DNA of 64,000 bases from Terriglobia bacterium (GTDB lineage Bacteria > Acidobacteriota > Terriglobia > 20CM-2-55-15), in the NCBI GenBank assembly GCA_965218585.1, contig CBDCLE010000001.1, forward strand, positions 96,001 to 160,000, given 5' to 3'. Both the position numbers and the translations under genes were made by a program. Shown here in pieces: positions 46,430-56,230 of this stretch (the first letter of the stretch is position 1; the number at the start of each line of letters is the position of its first letter). Under the pieces are notes generated by a model. It was not told the DNA's origin and did no database searches. It worked only from the letters and a program-made list of their open reading frames with translations.

Positions 46430-47794
46430 GAGGTCATTACAAAAGGTGTGTAAAAGTCATCAGGCGGCGGCCTTCGATTTCATCACGACTCTGATGCCGT
46501 CAGCGAATTGCTGACCATCATAGACCTCTTGTAAGAGTTCGGATCCTTTTAAGTGTCGCCAAGCCTTCTCAGCGACACGTAGTAGCTTCCAGATCATTGC
46601 CGTTGCATTCTCGACACGCTTGAATCGGCGAGCGGCGTTGGTGCGGAGACGAACCATGTCGAAGGGCGATTCGACGATGTTGGTCGTTCTCAGATGCACC
46701 CAGTGTTGTTTCGGGAACTCATAGAAAGTAATCATCCGGTCCCAGTCCCGCAACAGCGTCTCACCCGCTTTGGGATAGTTCTTCTCATATCGGCGGACGA
46801 ACTGATCCCGCTTTCGTTCGCAGGCCGCGCGGGAGTTCGCGAAGGCCATCCCATGAAGCAGCTGTCTGGCCGCGGGCTGCTCGGTCTTCGGCAGATGATC
46901 GACCACGTTGATCGACTTGTGGTTCCAGCAGCGTTGTTCCTGGCCCTGGGGCTGTTGCTCGGCCAGCGCGGACCAGATGCCCAGGTGACCGTCCGCGACA
47001 GTCAGCCGTCCCAGCTTCAGGCCCCGTCTCTGGAGATTGCGCAGAATGCGGCTCCAGGACTCCTTGCTTTCCCGCTGCCCGCTCTCACAGGCCAACAGCA
47101 CTTTGCGCCTGTCTGACAAGGCTCCGATGATCACCAGCAATGCCGCTCGCTCTTTCGCGATCCCCGCTTTCACGTACAAGCCGTCTGCCCACTGGTACAC
47201 GACCTCGAGGCCGGACAGGTCCTGCTGGACCCACTCGTCATACTCCAACTGCCAGGTCGATTTCAGTCGTTGGATCGATGCTCGCGACAACGGAGCGCCA
47301 GCGCCAAGCAGTCCGCGCATGGCCTGCTCGAAGTCCCCTGTGGCCAGACCGTGGAGGTAGAGATCGGGAAGTAGCTCGCCCAGCTGTTTCGATTTCCGTC
47401 GAAAATACGGCAGGATCTGACTCTCGAACCGCTCGGCGGTGTTTCGAACCCGAGGTCGTCGAACCTCCATCGTACCGTTCATCATTGCGAAGCGTCGCGG
47501 TTTCCCGTGACCGTTCCGGTATCCTCGTCGATTCGGACTCCGCTCCGACTTTTCCCGACCCAGAAATTGAGTGACTTCGTCCTCGAGCAGCTCCTGTAGC
47601 CAGACTTGGACCCGGGATCGTGCCCAGTCCTCCAAACCTTCATACGCGTTCGTTGACGCCACTGATGCCGGTATGTTCTTCTTCTTCATGGGTGGTGTAC
47701 CTTTCTCCCGATTGCTGCCGGGATTGCTTAGGGTTTCGGATTCACCGAAAGCGTACACCGCCTTCTCTTTTTACACACCGATTGGAACGACCTC
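46430..47794 (-). mobile_element. IS256-family element, copy 3 (intact transposase ORF 46460-47758; no matching target duplication)
   Basis: Near-identical to copies 1 and 2; flanks GAGTTTTT / TCCGTTGA. Confidence 0.95.
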
Positions 47795-48160
47795 TCCGTT
47801 GATGGCATAGCGCTCAAACTGATGGTGGACCGTTGGGCAGCCGCTTCGGGAGCCGACAAAGAAATCCTGTTCCTTGCCTCCGTCGCAGTGAGACAGATTG
47901 AGATCGGCCTTGCCAGCATCTTAGCTCTACTGTTTGGTATTACAGTGACTACTTACGGCGTAGCTCTTGTGTCGGATCGTAGCTTCCCGAAATGGCTGGG
48001 CTGGCTGGCAATCCTCGGCGGTATACCGATTGCGGTTGCCGGTCTCGCCATGGCTTACACTGGTTTCTCCGATCTGGGGATGACGATCAATTTGTCTGGA
48101 AGCTCTCTCGCACTTTTATGGATGCTTGTTGTCGGTGTATGGATGTGGCATCTGGTTACG
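47795..48160 (+). pseudogene. 5'-truncated membrane protein (DUF4386-like)
   Basis: VDGIALKLMVDRWA...FPKWLGWLAI; begins at the IS boundary. Confidence 0.55.
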
Positions 48161-48199
48161 CAACGAGTTCAGACGGAACTGTGGTCTGATCAAAGCTCA

Positions 48200-48504
48200 A
48201 CTTCGCTTCTGTCGCGGGTGCAGGAAGCGCGGGCCGTGCCGCCGCCACACTGTCGCGAACCGAGGCGGAGCGGGTCGAAGCGATTCAGGTCTTGCTCCAT
48301 GCGGGAGCCGACATCCATGCCGTCCGTACGAGGTCCGGCAATACAGCCGCACATTTCGCAGCCGAGGAAGGACTTGAACGCGCGGCGGATGTTCTGTTCG
48401 CATATGGCGCCGACTTCACGCTGAAGAACGCGGACGACCTGAGCGTAGAGGACCTGTTGACCCAGGCCGCTGGAGATACGGAAGACCCGCCTCCGGCAAG
48501 GTGA
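48200..48504 (+). pseudogene. C-terminal remnant of an ankyrin protein paralogous to 41064-42503
   Basis: LLHAGADIHAVRTRSGNTAAHFAAEEG versus LANGASIDAVQGRTGSTAAHYAAQAG. Confidence 0.7.
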
Positions 48505-48731
48505 GTTTCAGCAAATAATCACCCTTAGCCAACGCGTTACCAGATCGCTCATCGAGGACGTGGATTTCTGCCTTACCCCATCTCTCTTTCTTCCCTGAAT
48601 TCGCACATTGATCAAAGACGAGTGGTTGTTACAGGACACTCGTCGTAGCGCGTAAGGTACAATGCCGGAAAGTTCGGCGCCGCCCAGTCGAAATATTTCG
48701 GGTGCTTGCCATTAGACACAAGGAGGTTTTC

Positions 48732-50636
48732 ATGACTTTACGGTGGACCAGCATCTTGACTGTGGGACTCCTGGTAGCCGCCCTCCTCATACCGGCCGCT
48801 GAGGCTCAGAATCCGGCCGATTGGCCCATGTACAACAGAGACCTGAACGCGACGCGCTTTTCTCCTCTTAGTGAAATCAATACCGACAACGTAACTGATC
48901 TTGAGGTCGCCTGGACTTATTCGTTGGGAGAGAACAACGCGGGTGGCCTGAGTAACGGCTTCGAGTTCACTCCGATCGTTACGAATGGAATGCTGTATGC
49001 GGCCGCCGAGGGCCGGGTCGTCGCGATGGATCCGGCGACAGGCGAGGAACTCTGGCGCCACAGCGTTACCGGAGATGACCAGCCATCCCGCCGGGCTGTT
49101 GCTTTCTGGGTTGGGGACGAGCAGGAAGATGCGCGGATCTTTTTCACAGCCCGTCGCCGACTGATCGGACTGAGTGCTTTCACGGGCGAACCGGTGGCTC
49201 GCTTTGGAGACGGGGGCGAGGTCGATATGGGTCAGCCGTATGACTCAGCACCCACGGTCTACAGGAATCTACTCATCGTAGGAACGAACGGATTGCCTGG
49301 AAGCGTGCGTGCGTTTGATGCGATGACTGGAGAGAAGGCTTGGGAGTTCTTTTCCATACCGAAACCGGGCGAGCCCGGTAGCGAGAGCTGGGAGGGCGAG
49401 ATTTTCGAGAACGCCGAATCCGTGGCCTGGGCGTTTTCAATGAGTGTCGACACCGAACGGGGCCTGGTCTACGTGATGTTCGACAATCCCGGATACGACT
49501 ACTGGGGTGGAAACCGTCCGGGAAGTAATCTGTTTGGAAACTCCGTGGTGGCGTTGGACGCTGCGACCGGTGAGTACCGGTGGCATTTCCAGACCGTCCA
49601 TCACGATCTCTGGGATTTCGATCAGCCTGCACCCGCCGTCCTGCTGGACCTGAACGTCGACGGAGAAGACGTGCCGGGGCTGGCGATCGTCGGCAAGAGC
49701 GCCTACATGTTCATCCTCAACCGGGAGACGGGCGAACCGGTATTTGGTGTGGAGGAGACTCCCGTTCCTCGAAGTAACGTTCCTACTGAGCGTGCTTCGC
49801 CGACGCAGCCCATTCCCGTAAAGCCGCCGCCGCTGGCCCGTGTCAGCTTCAGCCCGGAGGACCTCGTGACGGCCGAGGACACGAACGCCGAGCATGCCGA
49901 CTTCTGCGCCAATCTCTTTGAGCGGAGCGGCGGTCTGGAGAATCAAGGTCCGTTCACACCTTACACCTATCGCGCTCCCGGCGCGGCGCCCTGCTCGACG
50001 ATTGTTTTTCCCGGCTCGATCGGAGGCGTGAACTGGGGCGGGACAGCTGCGGATCCGACGATCAACTACGTTTTCGCAAACACGATGAGCGAAGCCAGCA
50101 TCGGATGGGTCGAGAACAGTCCGGAAGGCGCGCGGACGCCTTTTCGCAGGGGCAGTATTGTTGGCAGGACTTCCCGATTCCAGTGGAACAATTCGCCGGA
50201 AGATTCGGGAGGGAATATTTCGGGTTCCGGTGAACAGGGCAGTTGGTTGTGTCAGAAGCCGCCCTGGGGTGAACTGGTCGCTGTCGACGCCAACACGGGC
50301 GACATCGCATGGAGAGTTCCCCTTGGGATCAACGAAGGCTTGCCGCCCGAGAAGCAGAGGACAGGCACGCTGAACATGGGCGGTCCCATGGCCACAGGGG
50401 GCGGGCTCGTCTTTATCGGCGCCTCTAATGACCGCAGGTTCCGCGCTTTCGACTCCCGGACCGGAGACCAGCTGTGGGTCACGCGTCTGGACATGAGTGC
50501 CCATGCAGTGCCGATCAGTTATGAGGCCGCCGGCAAGCAGTACGTGGTCATCGTTGCGGGCGGGCAGAGAGGCGACATGGATGACCCGGGACCGGACGGT
50601 TCAGAAGCGTTGGTCGTTTTTGCATTGCCCGAATAG
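48732..50636 (+). CDS. Soluble periplasmic PQQ-dependent dehydrogenase (glucose/quinate DH-like), paralog 1
   Basis: DWPMYN..RFSPL.EIN, WHFQTVHHDLWDFD, PPWGEL, GGLVFIGASND.RFRAFD; no N-terminal TM domain. Confidence 0.9.
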   Translation: MTLRWTSILTVGLLVAALLIPAAEAQNPADWPMYNRDLNATRFSPLSEINTDNVTDLEVAWTYSLGENNAGGLSNGFEFTPIVTNGMLYAAAEGRVVAMDPATGEELWRHSVTGDDQPSRRAVAFWVGDEQEDARIFFTARRRLIGLSAFTGEPVARFGDGGEVDMGQPYDSAPTVYRNLLIVGTNGLPGSVRAFDAMTGEKAWEFFSIPKPGEPGSESWEGEIFENAESVAWAFSMSVDTERGLVYVMFDNPGYDYWGGNRPGSNLFGNSVVALDAATGEYRWHFQTVHHDLWDFDQPAPAVLLDLNVDGEDVPGLAIVGKSAYMFILNRETGEPVFGVEETPVPRSNVPTERASPTQPIPVKPPPLARVSFSPEDLVTAEDTNAEHADFCANLFERSGGLENQGPFTPYTYRAPGAAPCSTIVFPGSIGGVNWGGTAADPTINYVFANTMSEASIGWVENSPEGARTPFRRGSIVGRTSRFQWNNSPEDSGGNISGSGEQGSWLCQKPPWGELVAVDANTGDIAWRVPLGINEGLPPEKQRTGTLNMGGPMATGGGLVFIGASNDRRFRAFDSRTGDQLWVTRLDMSAHAVPISYEAAGKQYVVIVAGGQRGDMDDPGPDGSEALVVFALPE

Positions 50637-50648
50637 AACAATTCTGTG

Positions 50649-50682
50649 AGAGCCCGGAGGCTCGGCTTCCGGGTTTTCTCTT
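50649..50682 (+). terminator. Rho-independent terminator
   Basis: GAGAGCCCGGAGGC..GCTTCCGGGTTTTCTC. Confidence 0.65.
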
Positions 50683-50819
50683 GGACTCGATCCCGTCCGG
50701 GGGCGAACTACTTTACATCTATTCTTCCCTCCGATACCATTTCTCCAGTTTTACGATTATTCGAATGGGGACAGTGTTTTGCCTGATCCTTTATAGATCC
50801 AAACAAGGAGTGACAAGAT

Positions 50820-51569
50820 ATGATCTGCTTAACCGAGGGGTTGCTTCGCCGCGGGATTGGAAGGGTGCTGGCGCTGGTAGTGTTCGCGCTGCTGATCCTC
50901 GGTTACATGCCGACCACCCTGCTGGCTCAGCTTCCGGATGCATCCAACGATGTGCCCGATCTGACGGGAGTTTGGGCAAGGGGCAGGAACAACTGCACCC
51001 CCAATGGCGTGACTTGTCCCTTCATTTTCAGTGAAATTCCGTTGAAAGCCCGTGCGATAGGATTCATGGCCACCTGGGATGAAGCAGCCGGGCCCAAGTA
51101 CGATTGCGTGCCGGCGACGTCACCGTCTGTTGTGGCAGATCCTTATTCCATTCAGATCGAGCAACAGGCAGATCGTGTCATCTTCACGTACGAGAAGGAT
51201 GACATCATTCGGACCGTCTGGCTGGAGGGCCACGGCCACCCCGAACCCATGCCTTACGACTTCACCGTGCAGGGGTACTCTACCGGCCTGTATGAGGATG
51301 GCAGCCTGGTCGTCGAAACAACTAAGTTTACATTCGATCCACATGGTCTGGACGATATGGCGAATGTGCCGTCCTCCACTCTGAAGCGGGTTGTTGAATC
51401 GTATTCATCGGACGGGGAAATGCTGAGAGCCAATGTCGTGACCGAAGATCCGGTCTTTCTGAACGCGCCGATCCAGTTTGCTATTGAATGGGTGCCCCAG
51501 GACGAACCCCGGTATGCGTGCCTGCCTGAGCTGGCCAGACAGCCGGCGCAGTTAGCATCGCTTTTCTAG
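50820..51569 (+). CDS. Secreted beta-rich hypothetical protein
   Basis: Signal peptide; PDLTGVW, GYSTGLYEDGSLVVETT, TEDP, YAC. Confidence 0.75.
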   Translation: MICLTEGLLRRGIGRVLALVVFALLILGYMPTTLLAQLPDASNDVPDLTGVWARGRNNCTPNGVTCPFIFSEIPLKARAIGFMATWDEAAGPKYDCVPATSPSVVADPYSIQIEQQADRVIFTYEKDDIIRTVWLEGHGHPEPMPYDFTVQGYSTGLYEDGSLVVETTKFTFDPHGLDDMANVPSSTLKRVVESYSSDGEMLRANVVTEDPVFLNAPIQFAIEWVPQDEPRYACLPELARQPAQLASLF

Positions 51570-51615
51570 AAACGCCATATCTAGGTACAGAGTACAGTTG
51601 TATAAAAGGAGACTT

Positions 51616-52632
51616 ATGATTCGAATCACTGGAGTCCTATTGTTATTGGTCCTTGTCGGGCTGATGGTTCAGCCTGCCGAAGCCCGTCCAGAGTACTTTA
51701 TGCTGTTCCAGTCTGACCCACTCAAGAGTACCCCGCTGGAGAACTGCTCGATCTGCCACGACAACCCGGCCGGGGGCGGTCCGCGAAACGAGTTTGGTCA
51801 GTCGTTCGAAGCCGGGGGGTATCAGATCACTCCATTATTGCGAGCGAGCTGGCCAAGCCGATTCGAGGTTCCGACTATCGAAACCGGGAATATACCGGTC
51901 ATAGATGGGCCGAGCGTTCTGACCAGGGTCTTCCTGTCGGATCCCGACAGCGAACTGATCGTAGCCGAGTTTCAGGAGGTGGAAGATGCCGGGAGTCTGG
52001 CGCCCCCCACGCTGCAACTCGTCAGTTTGTTGGGCGGTCCAGTCGCCGGTGAAGATGTTGTACCCGAGAACGCCATGAGCTTCTTTATCACCAGTGCCGG
52101 CCCCGGAAACGGAGCAGACCTGGGAGGTCTGGCGGGTGCCGACGCGCATTGCCAGATGCTGGCTGAAGCGGCAGGGCATATGGGCAAGACTTGGCGGGCA
52201 TACCTCAGCACCAGCTTTGAGGGCGAGCCGGCGATCAATGCGGGCGACCGCATTGGCGGCGGCCCCTGGTACAACGCCAGTGGAATTCTTGTCGCCCAGG
52301 GAGTTCTGGATCTGCACAGCGACAATAACCGGTTGAGCAAAATGGGTTCGTTGAACGAAAGAGGCGAGGTGGTCAACGGCAGGGGGGACGATCCCAACCG
52401 GCACGACATCCTGACGGGATCTCTCGTAACGGGACTGGCTGGGGTCGACATGAACTGCAACAACTGGACCAGCAGCGGCGAGGGCAGTGCTCTTGTGGGA
52501 CATCATGACCGCGAAGGCGGAGGGGACGATGGCAGTTCCTGGAACTCTGCGCATCCCTCCAGAGGATGCAGCCAGACAGATCTGCAGGGATCTGGCGGTG
52601 ACGGCCTGTTCTACTGCTTTGCAGCTGATTGA
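51616..52632 (+). CDS. Cytochrome c (CxxCH) + endostatin-like domain fusion
   Basis: CSICHDNPAGGGPRNEFG; C-terminal FFITS..GGLAGADAHCQ..GLFYCFA. Confidence 0.8.
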   Translation: MIRITGVLLLLVLVGLMVQPAEARPEYFMLFQSDPLKSTPLENCSICHDNPAGGGPRNEFGQSFEAGGYQITPLLRASWPSRFEVPTIETGNIPVIDGPSVLTRVFLSDPDSELIVAEFQEVEDAGSLAPPTLQLVSLLGGPVAGEDVVPENAMSFFITSAGPGNGADLGGLAGADAHCQMLAEAAGHMGKTWRAYLSTSFEGEPAINAGDRIGGGPWYNASGILVAQGVLDLHSDNNRLSKMGSLNERGEVVNGRGDDPNRHDILTGSLVTGLAGVDMNCNNWTSSGEGSALVGHHDREGGGDDGSSWNSAHPSRGCSQTDLQGSGGDGLFYCFAAD

Positions 52633-52657
52633 GTCGCCTTAACGCGACGTCTTTTCC

Positions 52658-52692
52658 AAAAAGTCCCTGACCGGCAGGTCAGGGACTTTTGT
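52658..52692 (+). terminator. Bidirectional-type terminator hairpin
   Basis: AAAAGTCCCTGACC..GGTCAGGGACTTTT. Confidence 0.75.
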
Positions 52693-52696
52693 CATT

Positions 52697-52784
52697 AAAA
52701 AGGGATCAGAGCCCTATTTCACCATTTTTTCGATACAGTTATTTCAATCTGGAAAATAGGGAAATAGGGCTCTGACCCCTTTTT
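52697..52784. repeat. REP/MITE-like inverted repeat, 24-bp arms with one mismatch
   Basis: AAAAAGGGATCAGAGCCCTATTTC ... GAAATAGGGCTCTGACCCCTTTTT. Confidence 0.75.
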
Positions 52785-52861
52785 CATACTGTGGTTGGAC
52801 CTACTAACCGGGATGCTGTTGCTCTGATACAATCCGGGGGCTTTGAACAGGGAGGCAGAGT

Positions 52862-53935
52862 GTGAAATTCGGATACTTTACGTTGAGCGACAACGCCTAC
52901 CCCGACAGTTCCCGTTCCCCCGAGCAGTTCATTACCGAGATTCGGGAACAGGCGATTTACGCCGATCAGTTGGGAATGAACTCGGCCTGGATCGGAGAGC
53001 ACCATTTCGATTCACTCGGCGTCAACTCGCGTCCCGGCACCCTGCTTGCCAGCATCGTCCCGATTACGAAGAGTATCCGGCTGGCGCCGGCCGTTGCCGT
53101 ACTCCCTCTGCATCATCCTTTGGATATAGCGGAGGAATGGGCCACGATCGATCTGATTTCAGGTGGCCGTGTGGACTTTGCTGCAGGACGGGGATATGAC
53201 ACCCGGGAGTACGATCCCTTCGGTGCACCTTTTATGGATTCAAAGGCGATATTCGCCGAGGGCATCGATGTCATCCAGAAGGCCTGGAACTCACCGGGGC
53301 CCTGGTCGCATGACGGCAAGTACTTCCAGATTCCCGAAATGGAGATTACACCCAAGCCCGTTCAGAAACCTGTTCCTTTCTATCTTGGGAGTTTTTCTGA
53401 GACCAGCGTTGATATGGCCGCCGAGCGTGGCCTGAACATTATCTATGCACCGTTTGCGGCTGCGATGGTGTTCGGGAGTCTCGACCGGGCCGTCGAGATG
53501 TACCGGGAGAAGTGTGAAAGACACGGCCACACTCCGGGTCGCACGATATGCAGCTACTTCGTTCACTTTGCGGACACGCCTGAAGAGGACGAGCGTGGCC
53601 GCGAGTTCCAGATATCCTATTTCAAGAACTGTGCGCTGCCCGCCTTTCCGAAGAACCCGAAGAAGATGCCGCCCACGATGCAGTACTTCATCAAGATGTG
53701 CGACATCCTCGAGAACATGAAGAAGGAAGACCTGACCGACAAATCGATCCTCATCGGCCCTTCATCCAAAGTCATCGAGACACTCAAGCGCGTCGAAGCT
53801 GCAGGGATCAGTGAGGTTATTCTGTATTTCAACGTCGGAAACAAACCCCACCAACTGGTGAAGGATCAGATGGCCAAATTCATGGAAGAGGTTGCGCCGG
53901 CGTTCAGTGCGGTCACTGAGACGGCGGCGCGTTGA
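52862..53935 (+). CDS. LLM-class (luciferase-like) flavin-dependent oxidoreductase
   Basis: WIGEHHF, HHPL.IAEEWATID.ISGGRVDF..GRGY, PKPVQKP. Confidence 0.92.
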   Translation: MKFGYFTLSDNAYPDSSRSPEQFITEIREQAIYADQLGMNSAWIGEHHFDSLGVNSRPGTLLASIVPITKSIRLAPAVAVLPLHHPLDIAEEWATIDLISGGRVDFAAGRGYDTREYDPFGAPFMDSKAIFAEGIDVIQKAWNSPGPWSHDGKYFQIPEMEITPKPVQKPVPFYLGSFSETSVDMAAERGLNIIYAPFAAAMVFGSLDRAVEMYREKCERHGHTPGRTICSYFVHFADTPEEDERGREFQISYFKNCALPAFPKNPKKMPPTMQYFIKMCDILENMKKEDLTDKSILIGPSSKVIETLKRVEAAGISEVILYFNVGNKPHQLVKDQMAKFMEEVAPAFSAVTETAAR

Positions 53936-53964
53936 ACAGCCGCCGCCCGTCAGACAGTGGTTTT

Positions 53965-54852
53965 TTAATCGATAGCGAAACAGTAGAACAATCCGTCTCC
54001 GCCCGTGCTTCTGAGATTTTCCTGACTGCAGCCTCTGGACGGATGGGCGGCGTTCCATTGGTCACGGTCGTGGTGGCCTACCATGGCCTGTCCCTCCTCG
54101 CCCCCGTTGGTCCAGTTTCCGCACGTTAAAGAATTGCCGTCGTCGTTCAGGTTTAACATATCCATCAATCCCCACGGCCACGCTGTCCCGTCGGTGCGTG
54201 TACCGGTCAGGATGTCGTGGCGGTTGACGTTGTCTCCGCCCCCGCTGACGATTTCACCGTTTTCGTCCAGTATCGTCTCTTTCCTGAGGTTATTGCTCGG
54301 GGAATGAAGCTGTTCGAGATTGTTAGAGATCATGATCCCCGCGGCGTTGTACCACGGTCCGATTCCGATCCGTTCGCGAGCGTGGACCGGTTCGGTTTCA
54401 CTCGAGATGCTCAGATAGGCGCGCCATGTCTTGTCGCCCGCGCTTACCGCCTGGGCCAACGTCTGACAGTGAGCATCGGCTCCCGTCAGACCGCCCAGGT
54501 CCCCTCCGCGACCGGGCCCTTCACTTGTCAGAAAGAAGCCGAAGCTTTCGGGAAGCGATCTTTCTGCATCGGTCCGCGCACCTGCTTCCGCAGCGGCGGC
54601 GACAAACATGTCGGGAAACTGTTCTCGCAGCTCGGGTGTTATGGAATAACCGGCGTTCTCGAAACCGCGACCGAATGCGTTGCGGGGGCCGCCACCTCCG
54701 GGATCCTGATGGCAGACGCTGCAACCGTCAATGCCTGGACGCCGCATGGGGTCGATCAAATACTCATCGAGGAATTCTGGAAACGCCGAGGCAGGGAGAG
54801 CCATCGACCCAAGAAAGAGCAGCAACATGAAAACCCGGCTTGTTCTAATCAT
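53965..54852 (-). CDS. Cytochrome c (CxxCH) + endostatin-like domain fusion, paralog
   Basis: CSVCHQDPGGGGPRNAFG; GGLTGADAHCQ, WRAYLS, GLFYCFAID. Confidence 0.8.
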   Translation of the reverse strand: MIRTSRVFMLLLFLGSMALPASAFPEFLDEYLIDPMRRPGIDGCSVCHQDPGGGGPRNAFGRGFENAGYSITPELREQFPDMFVAAAAEAGARTDAERSLPESFGFFLTSEGPGRGGDLGGLTGADAHCQTLAQAVSAGDKTWRAYLSISSETEPVHARERIGIGPWYNAAGIMISNNLEQLHSPSNNLRKETILDENGEIVSGGGDNVNRHDILTGTRTDGTAWPWGLMDMLNLNDDGNSLTCGNWTNGGEEGQAMVGHHDRDQWNAAHPSRGCSQENLRSTGGDGLFYCFAID

Positions 54853-55046
54853 TTAGTCACCTTCATTAAGTAATCGCCCAGTGCCGTTTTCTAAAGACGT
54901 AGTTTACGTCCCTATGAGAACGGAGGCAACAGACTGCCAATTCCTCTATTCAATCCGTTGTTGGATTTGAGGTATAGATCGTGCAGGATAGCCTCACAGG
55001 AATCGAAGACAGGGGCTATCGGACCATCTCGAAGGTGACCTGGCGA

Positions 55047-56141
55047 ATGAAAAAAACGTGTCTTTTTGTCGTGCTGATTTTGAGCACGGGCCAGTTCGTG
55101 CCCACCGGGGCCCAGGAAGGCGGGCCGCCTCCTCTCGGGTTACCTCAGGTCGCAGATATCAATACCCGTCTGGTCGAAGCTGCAACTCGCGGAGAGAGCG
55201 CAGAGGTGGCCCAGCTGCTGGCGGATGGGGCCGGGGTCAACTCGCTGAATCCGAGCGGTTACACCGTACTCCTGCTGACTGCTCTGGAAGGCCACACCGA
55301 AACCATGCAGGTGTTGATTGACGCCGGTGCCGATCTCGAAGCCCGGGATGACAACGGATCGACCTTGCTGATTCCGCTGGTTGCCGAAGGTCGGATCGAT
55401 TCGATCCAGACGCTTCTCAACGCTGGAGCCAAAGTGGATGCTCCCGATGCGAACGGTGCGACGGCCCTGATGGTTGCGTCATTCCACGGGTTCTCCGATG
55501 TAGTGGAGGTCCTGCTCGACGCCGGGGCAAGTGTCGAGGTCGAAGACTTCAATGAAGCAACGCCGTTGTTATGGGCTGCGTCACGGGGTGAGGCGAAGAC
55601 GATCCGTTTGTTGCTTGATGGCGGTTCCAACATCGACGAAGCCGATGTCTATGGCTGGACGGCTGCAATGGTCACGGCGATTCAAGGTCGGACGGAAGGC
55701 CTTCAACTCCTGATCGATGGAGGTGCTGATCTCGGCATTCGAAACAACGGTGGAGGTACGGCTCTGATGGGTGCTGCTCTGGAGGGCCTTGCAGACTCCC
55801 TTCAGACACTCCTCGATGCAGGCGTCGACCCGAACGTGGCTGACGAGGATGGGATCACTGCATTGATGTGGTCTGCTTCGGAAGGGCACCTCGAGAGCCT
55901 CGACTTGCTGCTTGGCGCCAGTGCGAACGCAAACGCGGTTGCGGCGGACGGCGGGACGGCAATGGTGATGGCTGCAGCCGAAGGACATACGGAAGTGGTC
56001 GGGCGACTGCTGGGTGCCGGAGCCGATGTCAATGCCCGAACTCGGGACGGCGGGACGGCGCTGGGCGCGGCCCTGGCGGGTGGGTACACGGAGATCGTGA
56101 TCATGTTGCGGCGTTCCGGAGCCACCCAGCCGGCACGATAG
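55047..56141 (+). CDS. Secreted ankyrin-repeat protein
   Basis: Signal peptide MKKTCLFVVL...; about 9 repeats G.TALM.AA..G. Confidence 0.92.
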   Translation: MKKTCLFVVLILSTGQFVPTGAQEGGPPPLGLPQVADINTRLVEAATRGESAEVAQLLADGAGVNSLNPSGYTVLLLTALEGHTETMQVLIDAGADLEARDDNGSTLLIPLVAEGRIDSIQTLLNAGAKVDAPDANGATALMVASFHGFSDVVEVLLDAGASVEVEDFNEATPLLWAASRGEAKTIRLLLDGGSNIDEADVYGWTAAMVTAIQGRTEGLQLLIDGGADLGIRNNGGGTALMGAALEGLADSLQTLLDAGVDPNVADEDGITALMWSASEGHLESLDLLLGASANANAVAADGGTAMVMAAAEGHTEVVGRLLGAGADVNARTRDGGTALGAALAGGYTEIVIMLRRSGATQPAR

Positions 56142-56230
56142 TTGACAGTGCTGCCGGTGTAAATCGAAGAGTTTCGTTATTCTTTCACGAAAAGAGCAAC
56201 TGCACGACCTGATATTAAGGAGATTAAGTC

